From Chiloscyllium plagiosum (taxonomy: Eukaryota): 64,000 nucleotides of DNA. The stretch covers positions 16,766,901 to 16,830,900 of the forward strand of contig NC_057749.1 of assembly GCF_004010195.1 (NCBI RefSeq), given 5' to 3'. The notes under the pieces were generated by a model. The model ran no database searches. It was not told where the DNA came from and was given only the letters and a program-made list of their open reading frames with translations. A program made the position numbers and the translations under genes. Numbering within the stretch: the first letter of the stretch is position 1; each line of letters opens with the position of its first letter. Below, one piece after another: positions 1 to 11,660 of this stretch.

Positions 1-299
1 CTTTCAATTTCCACTGTTACATTTATTATGCATCGTCACAGTATCCTACCTGAATGGACTCTCTTCCATTCTCTTAGCTTACCTCCCGATCGCATCTGCT
101 CTAATGATGAGGCATATAGCGGGAGGTACCGGGGGAAAGGCGGTGCGTTATGCTCAGGAAAGTTTTGTTTTGGCAGTGAAGATTCCTGGCACCGTCAATG
201 ACAGGGCTCTCAGCAGGACCTTTACTTAAAACGATGAAAGGTTCACTGTTGTACTGAACTGAAAACCCAGTAGTCCTTGCATCTGCAAGTTCGTAAGGA

Positions 300-724
300 A
301 GCATAATCATCAGCCACAGGGTGGAATATAGGAGGAAGGAAGTATTGTTGCAGACTCTAAAGAAAGATATGGTTAGTCCACAGTCTGCGCGGGTCCAATC
401 GCTACAAAATCGGCAGGGAACAATTGCACTGCAGAGATTGCAGAGAGGTTTCACGGGATGTTCCCTGAAGTGAGAGGTCTCAGCAAAAAGTTAACTTTTG
501 TTTGGGGTCTGTGGAGCAGAAGAGGCTAAGGGGGCAATTGATGCAGACATAATGGTGAGTGATATAGACTGGGCCGATTGTGATAAATACTTCCGCGATG
601 TAGGCATGTCTTAGACCAATTGAATTAAGGTTAAAGTGAAAAATGAAGCATTTCGCGAGGATCTGATGGAAAAGCAAATTACCCAGGGGATGGGTCAAAT
701 ATGGAACATGTTGCCTGAGAGGGT
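300..724 (+). mobile_element. Old CR1 LINE ORF2 3' fragment
   Basis: Degenerate GVEYRRKEVLLQ and QRGFTGMFP segments, similar to the other CR1 copies in the window. Confidence 0.5.
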
Positions 725-890
725 AGCTTATCTCTCCATGCTTCAGGCTCTCTGCCTTTATTCCTGATGAAGGGCTTTTGCCCGAAACGTCGATTTTGCC
801 TGTCCTCGGATGCTGCCTGAATTGCTGTGCTCTTCCAGCACCACTGATCCAGAATCTGGTTTCCAGCATCTGCAGTCATTGTTTTTACCT
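725..890 (+). mobile_element. Penelope-like element terminal (pLTR) fragment
   Basis: Nearly identical to the right arm of the element at 50019-50128; ends CCAGCATCTGCAGTCATTGTTTTTACCT. Confidence 0.7.
758..797 (+). ncRNA. Putative minimal hammerhead ribozyme in a Penelope-like pseudo-LTR
   Basis: CTGATGA-A-GGGC(TTTT)GCCC-GAAA-CGTC at 764-791: conserved core boxes, 4-bp stem II, palindromic ACGT stem III. Activity is untested. Confidence 0.55.
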
Positions 891-2849
891 CTATAACTTC
901 CTTCCCAAGATCTCTGTGCTCCACCAATTCTGGTCTTGAGAACAGCCCAATTTTTGACTGTGTCTTCAAATGACTTGGCTCCAAACACAGAACTTTCCTC
1001 CCTAAACCATTCCAGTTCTCAAGTTCTCTTTCCTCTTTTAACACACTCGTTAAAACATACCTTTTGGGTCCTTGGATTTGGTTATTTTTCTACTACCTCC
1101 TTGTGATTGTGTTTAATTCGATAAAGCACCAACGAAGCATCTTGAGTTGAATGTTTTATGAGATACAGTATAAATGCAAGTTGTTATATCCCAAAACTTG
1201 CCTACATAACAATGGTCCCTGCAAGTGAACACATTGAAGTGTGTAGATGGGATTCCATTGGTCTAACAACATGATTATTAGAATTACTGTATTTAACAGC
1301 ATAGGAGAAAATGACAGGAATGAGATTTATCACAAAACTCAATTAAATTATTGACATTTCCACTGAAATAAATCATATTTGAAACCAACACAATTGAATA
1401 AAAAAGACTGCCAGGATTGAAGCATTTTGTCATTTTCTTTCAGAGACATATAGAATCCACAGTACAGCTCCTGAGCCTGACCAACATATCCTACAGAAAG
1501 ACAAGGCAGCAGATGATTGAATGGCTAATTTGGACTGCTTGCCTGACTTTCTTGGCAGTGTTCATGCCTGGGTTTCACAGTGTTCAGCAGTTACATACTG
1601 TGGCACCCCTGAAGATGTCACCTGAATTTGAGCTTCCTTTTTAAAGTCTGTGTTTTATTTCAGTTACATTAAATTATTGATGCTTTTTCTGTTAGTTCCT
1701 CTTTGCTGTCAATATACCAACTAGCTAAAAAAGGTCCATAACTCCATAACAATCAACACTAGCTTCAAAAAAACAACATGTTATAATGCTTCAAAATGCT
1801 TCACTGGAGAGCGAACAGACAAGTGATGCCTCATTAAGAAAGGAAGTGGGTGTAAATGATGAGTAAATCTTCGTCAAAGAGATTGGTTTTAGGGAAGGTT
1901 TTAAAGGTGGAGAGGCACTCCTGCTGTCACTGCACCAGGTCATTCCCCCAACATACACAGATTCCTCAGGGGGAAACAGATTGTCAAACCAAAGACCTAG
2001 CATTAAAGAACACAAAAGCATAATATGAAAAATAGGAACAGGAGTAGACCACTTGGCCTTTCAAGGCTACTCCAGCATTCAAAACAATCATGGCTGATCT
2101 TGGACTTTGACTCCAATTTCCACTGATTTCCTGAGAGACCAAACATCTATCTTTCCCAGCCTTGAATATATTCAATGATGAAGCATCCACAATTCTCTGG
2201 GTAGAGAATTCCAAAAACTCATGACCACTTGAGTTAAAAAGTTTTTTCCCTAAGCTGCAAAGGTTTAAGTGTGTATGAGACCCATATCCCAGTGAGAGTA
2301 GGTGTGTGTGAGATTGTACACCAGTGAGAGTCAATGTGTTAGGGCACCCGATACCCCACTGAGAGTCAGTGTGTGTGGGACCCTTACCCCAGCGAGAGTC
2401 AGTGTGTGGGACCCTTACCCCAGCGAGAGTCAGTGTGTGGGGGACTGTACCCCACTGAGAGTCAATGTGTATGGGAGCCATATTTCAGTGACAGAAAATT
2501 TTGTGTGGGATCTGCATCTGTGTGCCAAGTTCCCATTTTCCAGTGTATGTTACCATATCCAACTGAAAATGGTGTTTGGGACATGTTACCCTTGAGAGTC
2601 AGTGTGGATGGGACCTGTGTAACAAAGGGGATCACTGCATGTGGGTAACATTATCCAGTCAGAGTCCATGACAAGAATTCCATACCCCAATGAGAGTCAC
2701 CATATGAGACCATACAGCTGTGTGATCTAATATGCTCAAGCCATGCACAACAGTGAGATGCAATGTGAGAATTTGTATCCCAGTGATGGTCAGTGTGTGT
2801 CGGACTCATACCTAAATGTGAGTTAATGTGTTTGTGTGTGGGATCTGTA

Positions 2850-2951
2850 GCTGAAAATGTGTTGCTGAGAAAGCGCAGCCGGTCAGGCAGCATCCAAGGA
2901 GCAGGAGAATCGACGTTTCGGGCATGAGCCCTTCTTCAGCCATTCTCCTTC
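2850..2951 (-). mobile_element. Short Penelope-derived insertion with a 13-bp direct repeat
   Basis: TGTGGGATCTGTA at 2837-2849 and 2952-2964. It lies inside a minisatellite, so the duplication is less diagnostic. Confidence 0.65.
2905..2941 (-). ncRNA. Second putative minimal hammerhead core
   Basis: Minus strand CTGAAGA-A-GGGC(TCAT)GCCC-GAAA-CGTC. The stem II loop differs from the 764 copy while the stem is kept. Confidence 0.45.
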
Positions 2952-4229
2952 TGTGGGATCTGTACCCCAGACAGAGTCAGCATGTGTGAGATCCATACAT
3001 CAGTGACCGCCAGTGTATGTAGGGGACCCCTTACCACACTGAGAGTCAGTGTGTGCAGGACTCTTACCCCAGTGACAGTCTGTGTGTGTGGAACCCCATA
3101 TCCCAGTAAAAGTCAGTGTGTGTAGGATCCTGTACCTCACTGAGAGTCATTGTGTGTGGGGTCCTGTACCCCAGTGAGAGTCATTGTGTGTGTGGGACCG
3201 CATAGCCCAGTGAGAGAGAGAGAGAGAAAGTGTGTGTATGTGTGTGTGTGTGCTTCCCTGTACCCCAGTGAGAGTCAAGTGCGTGTGTGGGACCGCATAG
3301 CCCATTGAGAGTCAGGTGTGTGGGATCCTGTACCCCAATGAGAGTCAGTGTGTGTGTGGGACCGCATAGCCCAGTGAGAGAGAGAGAACGTGTGTGTGTC
3401 CGCGCGCTTCCCTGTACCCCAGTGAGAGTTAAGTGCGTGTGTGGGACCGCATAGCCCAATGAGAGTCTGTGTGTGTGTGTTTCGCTGTACCCCAGTGAGA
3501 GTCAGTGTGAGTGTGCACGTGTGTTTTCCTGTACCCCAGTCAGAGTCATTGTGTGGGGACCTGTACCCCAGTGACAGAGAGAGTGCACGTATGTGTGTGT
3601 GGGACCCCGTACCTCAGTAAGAATCAGACAGTGTGGGATCTTGAACCCCGGTGAGATTATTATCAGTGGAGTTTCTGCAACCCCTTTTCAAGGAATAGAG
3701 AAAAGACTGGGGAAAGTCCGTTTATAATAATCAGAAAAACCAACAGAGGAAATTCTTGCAGCAGAAGAAACCAAAATGGCAGGAAATTGGCTGACACATG
3801 TTTTAATTTTTCCAAGAACTCAGTTTGACCACAGCATATTTTCCAGAAGGTGATAACGTATCTCCACATTTGGTGCTGTCAGATATCAGCTTGTCCTGTC
3901 TTAAAGTCAAGGCTGCCAAGTCACACAGATATAAAGCTAGGAAGCAACAAACTATGTACAGACATTAGAAATGGAAGCAGGAGCAGGGTATACCACCCAT
4001 TGAGGCAGTTCCACCATTTAACAAGGCCATGGTTGGTCTGTATTTTCATACTCACTTTTCTGCCAGAGTCGTTTTTTTCCCCTCAGTTCCCTACATGCCT
4101 AAAAGACAATCGATGCTGGCCATGAATAAACTCAATGACCGAACATTCTGTGTGGTCCTGGATACAGAATCCCAAAGATTTAAATCCCCTTCCATATATT
4201 TATATTGATTTAAGTTGTTATTTCTTTAT

Positions 4230-4770
4230 CATTGTCACACTTTCTACCTTCTTTATCCATTGTTAACCATCTTCAGCCCTTCACAAGCTTATTTTTGATC
4301 TTACCTGAAACACTGTTGCCATGTCCTAACTCATACCAAGTCCCCTTGCCTTGTGCCCACTGACCTACACCAGATCCTCCCAGGGAACATTCTCATTCTT
4401 GCTTTCCAATCTCTTTATGTCCTCACCTTTCCTTAATTTTATAATTTATTTCAGGTCTGCAACCTCCCAAGGTTTTTGCATTTCTCTGTTTCTGTTCTCC
4501 TGCACACTCCCAATTTTAACCACTCTACTATTGGCAGCCATGCCTTTAGCTGCATAGGTTTGAAGCTTTGAAAATCTCCCTCCCTGAATCTCTCCAGCTC
4601 CTTTCTGCTTCTTCTTTCTGCTATTTGGCTGAGCTTTTTGTCATCTGTCAGAAATCTCTTCAGAGATTTGGCTTAGTGTTCATTTTTATTTGACAATGTT
4701 CCTCTATAGTGCTTAGGAAGTGTTTTATGAAATGAGAGCTATTATATGAATGCAAACTGTTGTTACGTTT
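4230..4770 (+). mobile_element. L2-like LINE 3' fragment
   Basis: ATTGGCAGCCATGCCTTTAGCTGC ... GCTATTATATGAATGCAAACTGTTGTT-type 3' end; a related piece lies at ~890-1190. Confidence 0.45.
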
Positions 4771-5149
4771 ATGTTGTCTGAGCACTAACTCTTCCTAACT
4801 GCCACATTTAGTGACTAAGTCCTGACAGTTTTACATTAATTCAACAGTAGTAACTAGATGCAATGTTGTACCAACAAGGCATGTGTAATATTAACAAACT
4901 TGAGAGCTTGACAAAGTAATCTACTAGCACCATCTACTGAGAATACTTAGAGTGTTTAGAATCTCTACAATGTGGATACAGGCCCTTCAGCCCAATAGTA
5001 ATTCTGTATCCCCTAAAGCTTCCGAATCCGTTGCTTTCTTGTATTGCAGATTAGATTGATGCCAAAAGTCACAGTGTCAGGCTACCATTATTGTCATAAA
5101 ACCCAAAACGTAGTCACTTTGGTTTAGTCAAGACTTCAGGCCACCCCAA

Positions 5150-5395
5150 AATGCTTCCAACCCCACTTTGAAGTGTTGTCATTGGTCAATATAAGAACCA
5201 CAGCAACCAGTTCCTACAAACTGTAACAGTAATGACCAAATAACCTTTCTTTCATTGGGATCAATATTGGCAGGGACACCAGGGAAAGCCCTCCCGCTGC
5301 TCTTTGAAGTGCCAAGATGCTTTGGCTCCTCTTAGAGGCAGAGTGGACCACAATTTTAAAATTCCTCTGAATTGTTGGTGCCTCCCACAGTGCAA
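5150..5395 (-). mobile_element. Deu-domain SINE fragment
   Basis: Reverse complement resembles the Deu domain (GCACTGTGGGAGG...GGTGTCCCTGCCAATATTGATCCC); related copies at ~14405-14550 and ~38810-39000. Confidence 0.5.
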
Positions 5396-7730
5396 CATAG
5401 CGTCAGACAGCATGGAAACAGACCATTCATTCCAACTTGTTCATACCAACCAGATTTCCCAAACTAAATTGGTCCCATTTGCCTGAATTTGGCCCATGTC
5501 CCTCTCAACTGTTCCTATTCATGTACCTGTCTTTTGAATGACTTTTAAATGTTGTAATTGTACCCACCTGCACCACTTCCTCTCGCAGCTCGTTCCATAT
5601 ACACACCACAATCTGTGTGAAAAAGTTCCCCTTAGGTCCCTTTTAAATGTTTCCCCTCTCACCTTAAACCTATGCTCTCTAGTTTTGAATTCCCCTATCC
5701 TAGGGAAAATACCTTTACTATTCACCTTATCCATGCCCCTCATGATTATATGAACTTCTACTAAATCACCCCTCAACCTCCCAAGCTCTAGTGAAAAAGG
5801 TTCCAGTCTATCCAGCCTCTCCTTATAACTCAAGCCCTCCAGACCCAGTAACATCCTTGGAAATCTTCTCTGTATCATTCCCAATTTAATAAAATCCTTC
5901 CAGAACTGTACGCAGTATTCCAAAAGTGGCCTCACCAATGTCCTATACAGCTGCAACATGACGTGCCAACTCCACACTCACCACTCTGACCAATGAAAGT
6001 AAGTGTGTGAAATGCCTTCTTTACCACCTTGTCTACCTGTGACACCACTTTCACAGAACTATGTATCTAAACTGCTAGGTTTCTCTGTTCAACAACACTC
6101 CCTAGTGCCCTATCATTAACTCTGTAAATCCTGTCCTGATTTGCCTTACCAAAATGCAACTCCTTGCATTTATCTACATTACACTCCATCTGCCACTCCT
6201 TAGCTCGTTAGCCCAGGTAATCAAAATTCAGTTGTACTCTTACATAACCTTCACTGTCCGCAATACCACCGATGTTGATGTCATCTGCAAACTTACTAAC
6301 CATACCTCCTATATTCTCATCCAAATCGTTTATGTAATTGACAAACTCGAATGGACCCCAGCACTGATCCCTATAAAACATCAATAGTCATAGGCCTCTA
6401 TTCTGATAAATAACTCTCCACTACCACAATTTTTGTATCCAATTGACAAGCTCTCCCTGGATCCCATGTGATCAAACTTTACTAAGCTGTCTACCATGCG
6501 GAACCTTGTCAAAGGCTTTACTAAAGCCCATGTAAACAATGTCTACTGTTCTGCCCACACCTTATCTTCTTGGTCATCTCCTCAAAATACTCAGGGGAGA
6601 AAGTGAGGTCTGCAGATGCTGGAGATCAAAGTACTCAGTCAAGTTTGTGAGATGATTTCCCATGCACAAAACTATGCTGACTACCCCTTTGCTTCTCCAA
6701 ATGCACATAATCTTTCTCTTTCTCAGAACCTCTGCAACGATTTACCCACTACAGGCTCACTGGTCTGTAGTTCCTTGGCTTTTCTTTGCAGCCTTTCTTA
6801 AATAAAGGCACAACATCAGCCACACCCCAGTCCTCTGGCACCTCAACCATGGCTGTTAATGACATAAATATCTCTGCTAGGGGCCAAACATAGGACTGAA
6901 AATGTATTGCTGGAAAAGCGCAGCAGGTCAGACAGCATCCAAGGAACAGGAGAAACGACGCTTCGGGCATAAGCCCTTCTTCACCAGCAACACATTTTCA
7001 GCTCTGATCTCCAGCATCTGCAGTCCTCACTTTCTCGCCAAACATAGGGGCCAACTTCCCACAATGTCCTAGGATACACTTGATGAGGTCAAACAGTCAT
7101 AGTCATACAGAATGGGAGACCCTTCGGTCCAACCAGTCCATGCCAAATATAATCCCAAACTAAACTAGTCCCACCTGCCTGCCCCTGTCCAATATGCCTC
7201 CAAACCTTTCCTATTCATGTGCTTATCTAAATCTCTTTTAAACATTGTAACTGTACCTGCATCCACCACTTCCTCAGGAACTTCATTCCACCTGCAAACC
7301 ACCCTTTGTGAAAATAGTTTGCCCCTCAAGTCTTTTATAAAGCTTTCTCCTCTCACTTTAAAAATATCCCTGCTGGTCTTGAAATCTCCCATCCTAGGGA
7401 AAAGGTCTCAGGAATTTATCTACTGTTTTACATTTTTTAAGACCTTTAGCACTTCCTTTTCTGTAATATGGATTGTTTTCAAGACATCAATATTTATTTT
7501 ACCCAAGTTCCTCGCTTCTATGTCTTTCTCTACAGTAAATACTGATATGAAATATCCATTTAGTATCTCTCCCATCTCTTGTAGTTCCATAAAAAAAATG
7601 GCCTTGTTGATCTTTAGGATGGCCTATTCTCTCCCTAGATTCTTTTTTGCACTTAAAGAACTTGCAAACTCTCTCTTATCTCCTTAACCTTACCTCATGT
7701 CCCTTTTTTGCCCTCCTGATTTATTTCTCC
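5396..7730 (-). mobile_element. Composite CR1 LINE ORF2 (frameshifted) with nested insertions
   Basis: [42 protein letters not shown] second CR1 3' end (7095-7402) and two Penelope pieces are inserted. Confidence 0.9.
6895..7036. mobile_element. Penelope-derived fold-back insertion inside a CR1
   Basis: TSD GCCAAACATAGG at 6883-6894 and 7037-7048; inverted arms CTGAAAATGTATTGCTGG / CCAGCAACACATTTTCAG. Confidence 0.8.
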
Positions 7731-7784
7731 CATTTCAGTCAGCGGGAAGACTGGCAGTGCACACTTCAACAGCCTTTGGTTCAT

Positions 7785-8650
7785 TATCATTATCATTGGT
7801 GGTCCCTTGCAGATAAGGATGACTCTCTCCCATTCTCAGGGTGAATCAGTAGATGGCTGTAAAACTGATGTGGCTACCACAGGCTCTGTTACACTTGGGG
7901 CAGGTAATGGTCACGAGAAGGGGTGGGTGGGGCATTGGTGTGGCAGTACGCTCCTTTTGTTGTTTCACTTGGCTTCCATTTTTTCCCGATGGCAAGTCTC
8001 CAGGTGCACAACGCCTTCCTGGATGCTCCTCTTCTACTTTGGACAGTCTTGGGTAAGTGATTCCCAGGGTCTGTGGCAATGCCGCACTTCGCCAGTGAGG
8101 TCTTGAGGGTACACAATGTGAAGAGACATCCCTGTTGCCAACTTCTGCCCTTGGAGTTTGTAACTGGCGGGGTTTGCTGCTGGCAGCCAGTAAACCTAGA
8201 AAAGTTGAAAGTGAATCTGCAGTCACAGCAGAACACCAGAATCACAAGCACCTTGTTGATTTGGATTTAATGATGCCTCGCTACAGTCCAGTTGTGGAGC
8301 AGCCATTAGTTGTATCTGTCTTGAAGATAATAGTTTCCATGGAGACACCATTGCTTCTGCGGGGAAGGTAATGGTGGCCACTGTGTGGACAATGTAGCTG
8401 TCGGAATGGCAGTAGTTGCTACAGTGTGGCCTTTGCAGAGAAGGCCATTATTGTGGCTGCATGGAAGGCCATTGTGACCATGAGGAAAGCCATTTGCAGT
8501 CTCAGGGTAGCCAGTAATTGCCACGGGATAGTTGGTGTGGATGTGGGGGTTGGATATTATTGTGGCTGAAGGGAAGGCAGTAGCAACAAAAGGTTGGCCA
8601 ATTTGGATACAGAACAGCCACTGCAAATGGTCATTCTTGCAGCCCAGCTC
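7785..8650 (-). mobile_element. RTE-clade LINE 3' fragment
   Basis: C-terminal CPKCNRACGSHI zinc-finger-like motif; homologous to 25283-25915; (ATG)n-like tail. Confidence 0.7.
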
Positions 8651-9731
8651 AAGGGAATTACAGTGGTGTGGGGAAACTGTGGGAGGAACCAATGAGGTTG
8701 GAGGGTGCAAGGGTGAAACTGGGAATGGGAGGGGGTACCCCCTTATACTCCTTATGGGATTCACTTGATCCCAGCTGACTGTACCTGACATATGCCTTCT
8801 TGTTTTTCTTACTGGGAAACTCAGCCAGTCTTTGTGGAACACAAATAGGTAAACTTTGGTGTGAACAGATGCAAACAAACTAAAATGGAAATGAGAAATA
8901 TTTTCACATGGGCGGGTTTTTAAGATCTGGAATTTTGAATAGAAAGTTTTAATAAACAATTACTTGAAGAGGAATAATTTACAGGGGAACAACTGGGCAT
9001 CTATTAGCATAGACAGAATGGACTGAATGGGCTCTTTCTTTGATGGAAGATTCAGGTTGACTTATTTAAAAGGTATCTGAATAGGCATTTGAGCATCTGC
9101 ATCACCCGAGAATGTGGATAAAGTGCTGGAAAATAGGATTGGACAGTGTGGTTCGTTGTTCAGCCAGTGTAAGGAAAGTGGGCAAATTGCTTTCCTTTTG
9201 GCTGCAATCATTTATTCATCATTTTCAATATGCAGTAAACTTTTTATTATCCAACAGCAAATGGGACCAGACATGTGCTGATCAAATATTCTGGATAATC
9301 AAAAGGTCCACATAATCAAAAACACACACTAAATAATAAAAATGTAATACAGCGATACATACATTACAATTATACATTATTTAGAGTAAAAATCACTTAA
9401 ATAATAATGCAACTTTGCCTTCAAAAGCGTACTAGTAGACAGCCATCTCACTTACACCCTCAATGACACTTGAACATTGCAACAGACCACAGGATTTGAG
9501 GAGAAATTGAGTCAAAATTTAATCAACTGCTAATATTTCAGGTAGTATTCAAATGAACAACAAACATTGAGTGAAAGAAAGTAAAAAGCTGTAATAATTG
9601 GACAGAATAATACTGTAAACTTTAGAGTATTTGTGTTATGCAATTTTTGCCAGTTTATTAAGCGTGCCGGTTAGAACATAGTTTGCTGCACTACAAAGGC
9701 CTGAAGATCAGCAACGTGCAGGGATTGGGAA

Positions 9732-11169
9732 GGGGGCAGCATGGGCATAATGGGACAAATGGCCTGTTCTGAGCTAAGGGGCAGCAATGGGCATGATGGG
9801 ACAAATGGCCTGTTCTGAGCTAAGGGACAGCATGGGCATGATGGGACAAATGGCCTGTTCTGAGCTAAGGGGCAGCATGGGCATAATGGGACAAATGGCC
9901 TGTTCTGAGCTAAGGGGCAGCATGGGCATAATGGGACAAATGGCCTGTTCTGTGCTAAGGGACAGCATGGGCATGATGGGTCAAATGGCCTGTTCTGAGC
10001 AAAGGGGCAGCATGGGCATAATGGGACAAATGGCCTGTTCTGTGCTAAGGGGCAGTATGGGCATAATGGGACAAATGGCCTGTTCTGAGCAAAGGGGCAG
10101 CATGGGCATAATGGGACAAATGGCCTGTTCTGAGCTAAGGGGCAGCATGGGCACAATGGGACAAATGGCCTATTCTGAGCAAAGGGGGCACCATGAGCAT
10201 AATGGGACAAATGGCCTGTTCTGAGCTAAGGGACAGCATGGGCATGATGGGTCAAATGGCCTGTTCTGAGCTAAGGGGCAGCATGGGCACAATGGGACAA
10301 ATGGCCTATTCTGAGCAAAGGGGGCACCATGGGCATAATGGGACAAATGGCCTGTTCTGAGCTAAGGGGCAGCATGGGCATAATGGGACAAATGGCCTGT
10401 TCTGTGCTAAGCAACAGCATGGGCATGATGGGTCAAATGGCCTGTTCTGAGCAAAGGGACAGCATGGGCATAATGGGTCAAATGGCCTGTTCTGAGCTAA
10501 GGGGCAACATGGGCATAATGGGACAAATGGCCTGTTCTGCGCTAAGGGGCAGCATGGGCATGATGGGTCAAATGGCCTGTTCTGAGCTAAGGGACAGCAT
10601 GGGCATAATGGGACAAATGGCCTGTTCTGTGCTAAGGGACAGCATGGGCATAATGGGACAAATGGCCTCTTCTGTGCTAAGGGACAGCATGGGCATAATG
10701 GGACAAATGGCCTGTTCTGAGCAAAGGGGCAGCATGGGCATGATGGGACAAATGGCCTGTTCTGAGCTAAGGGACAGCATGGGCATGATGGGACAAATGG
10801 CCTGTTCTGAGCAAAGGGACAGCATGGGCATAATGGGACAAATGGCCTGTTCTGCGCTAAGGGGCAGCATGGGCATAATGGGACAAATGGCCTGTTCTGT
10901 GCTAAGGGACAGCATGGGCATAATGGGACAAATGGCCTATTCTGTGCTAAGGGACAACATGGGCATAATGGGACAAATGGCCTATTCTGTGCTAAGGGAC
11001 AGTATGGGCATGATGGGACAAATGGCCTATTCTGTGCTAAGGGACAGCATGGGCTTGATGTGACAAATGGCCTGTTCTGTGCTAAGGGACAGCATGGGCT
11101 TGATGGGTCAAATGGCCTGTTCTGAGCTAAGGGGCAGCATGGGCATGATGGGACAAATGGCCTGTTCTG
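9732..11169. repeat. 45-bp minisatellite, ~32 copies (GGGCAGCATGGGCATAATGGGACAAATGGCCTGTTCTGAGCTAAG)
   Basis: Direct reading; 15-aa periodicity in the ORF track. Confidence 0.97.
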
Positions 11170-11269
11170 GACTCTAACGATGCTGTCACTCTCTCAACAC
11201 TCGGGAAAATGCCTTGAGGAATTTGATGGGCTGCCCTTCTGTGCTGCTCCTGCCCCCAAGGCCCCAACT

Positions 11270-11660
11270 GTGGCACCGTCCCGCCCGTGGAGTTGCTCCT
11301 GGCGCAAGTCAAATCAAATTCAGGCCCCACCCACTCACATGCCACGCCCACTCGCAGGCCCCGCCCCGGTGACCGTCCCTGCCCAGTGATGTTGCGATGT
11401 CATAAAGGAGGGTGTGTCCTTCTTGATGAGGTCATCACCCTGCGATACCTGTTCGCCATCTTGTTGTTTCAGGGCTGTTTGTTTTGTCTCTTTCGCCCAG
11501 GCCTCGGTCTCAGGAAGCTGCACCGCCGCCATGGCCGCCCCGCTCAGCCTGAACGCCAAGCAGCCGCCGATTCAATCCACGGCCGGAGCCGTGCCCGTCC
11601 TCAATGAGAAAGGTGAGCGGGGGCTGCGGCCGCGGCATGAAGCCTGGGGTCGGCTGGTAC
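11270..11660 (+). promoter_or_regulatory. CpG-rich MFAP1 promoter / first exon
   Basis: Locally high CpG density. GC/KLF boxes CCACGCCC (~11342) and CCCCGCCCC (~11359). Palindromic CRE/ATF-like TGATGAGGTCATCA at 11424-11437. Confidence 0.7.
11531..11612 (+). CDS. MFAP1: MFAP1 coding exon 1 ([28 protein letters not shown])
   Basis: ATG in strong Kozak context; donor AAAG|GTGAGC. Confidence 0.95.

Larger units (their letters stand above)
2270..3655. repeat. Degenerate ~31-bp minisatellite (GTGTGTGGGACCC.TACCCCAGTGAGAGTCA) with GT/GA microsatellite inserts
   Basis: Recurrent CCCAGTGAGAGTCA and GTGTGGGA motifs. Confidence 0.85.

Noticed and set aside
1417-3869. Short ORFs at 1417-1644 and 3663-3869 as exons of an upstream gene
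   Set aside because: No recognisable protein similarity or consistent splice phases could be established by eye.
9671-11063. Met/Gly- or Cys/Pro-rich repeat ORFs (metallothionein- or keratin-associated-like)
   Set aside because: Products of the 45-bp minisatellite; frames are broken by single-base indels and there is no gene structure.
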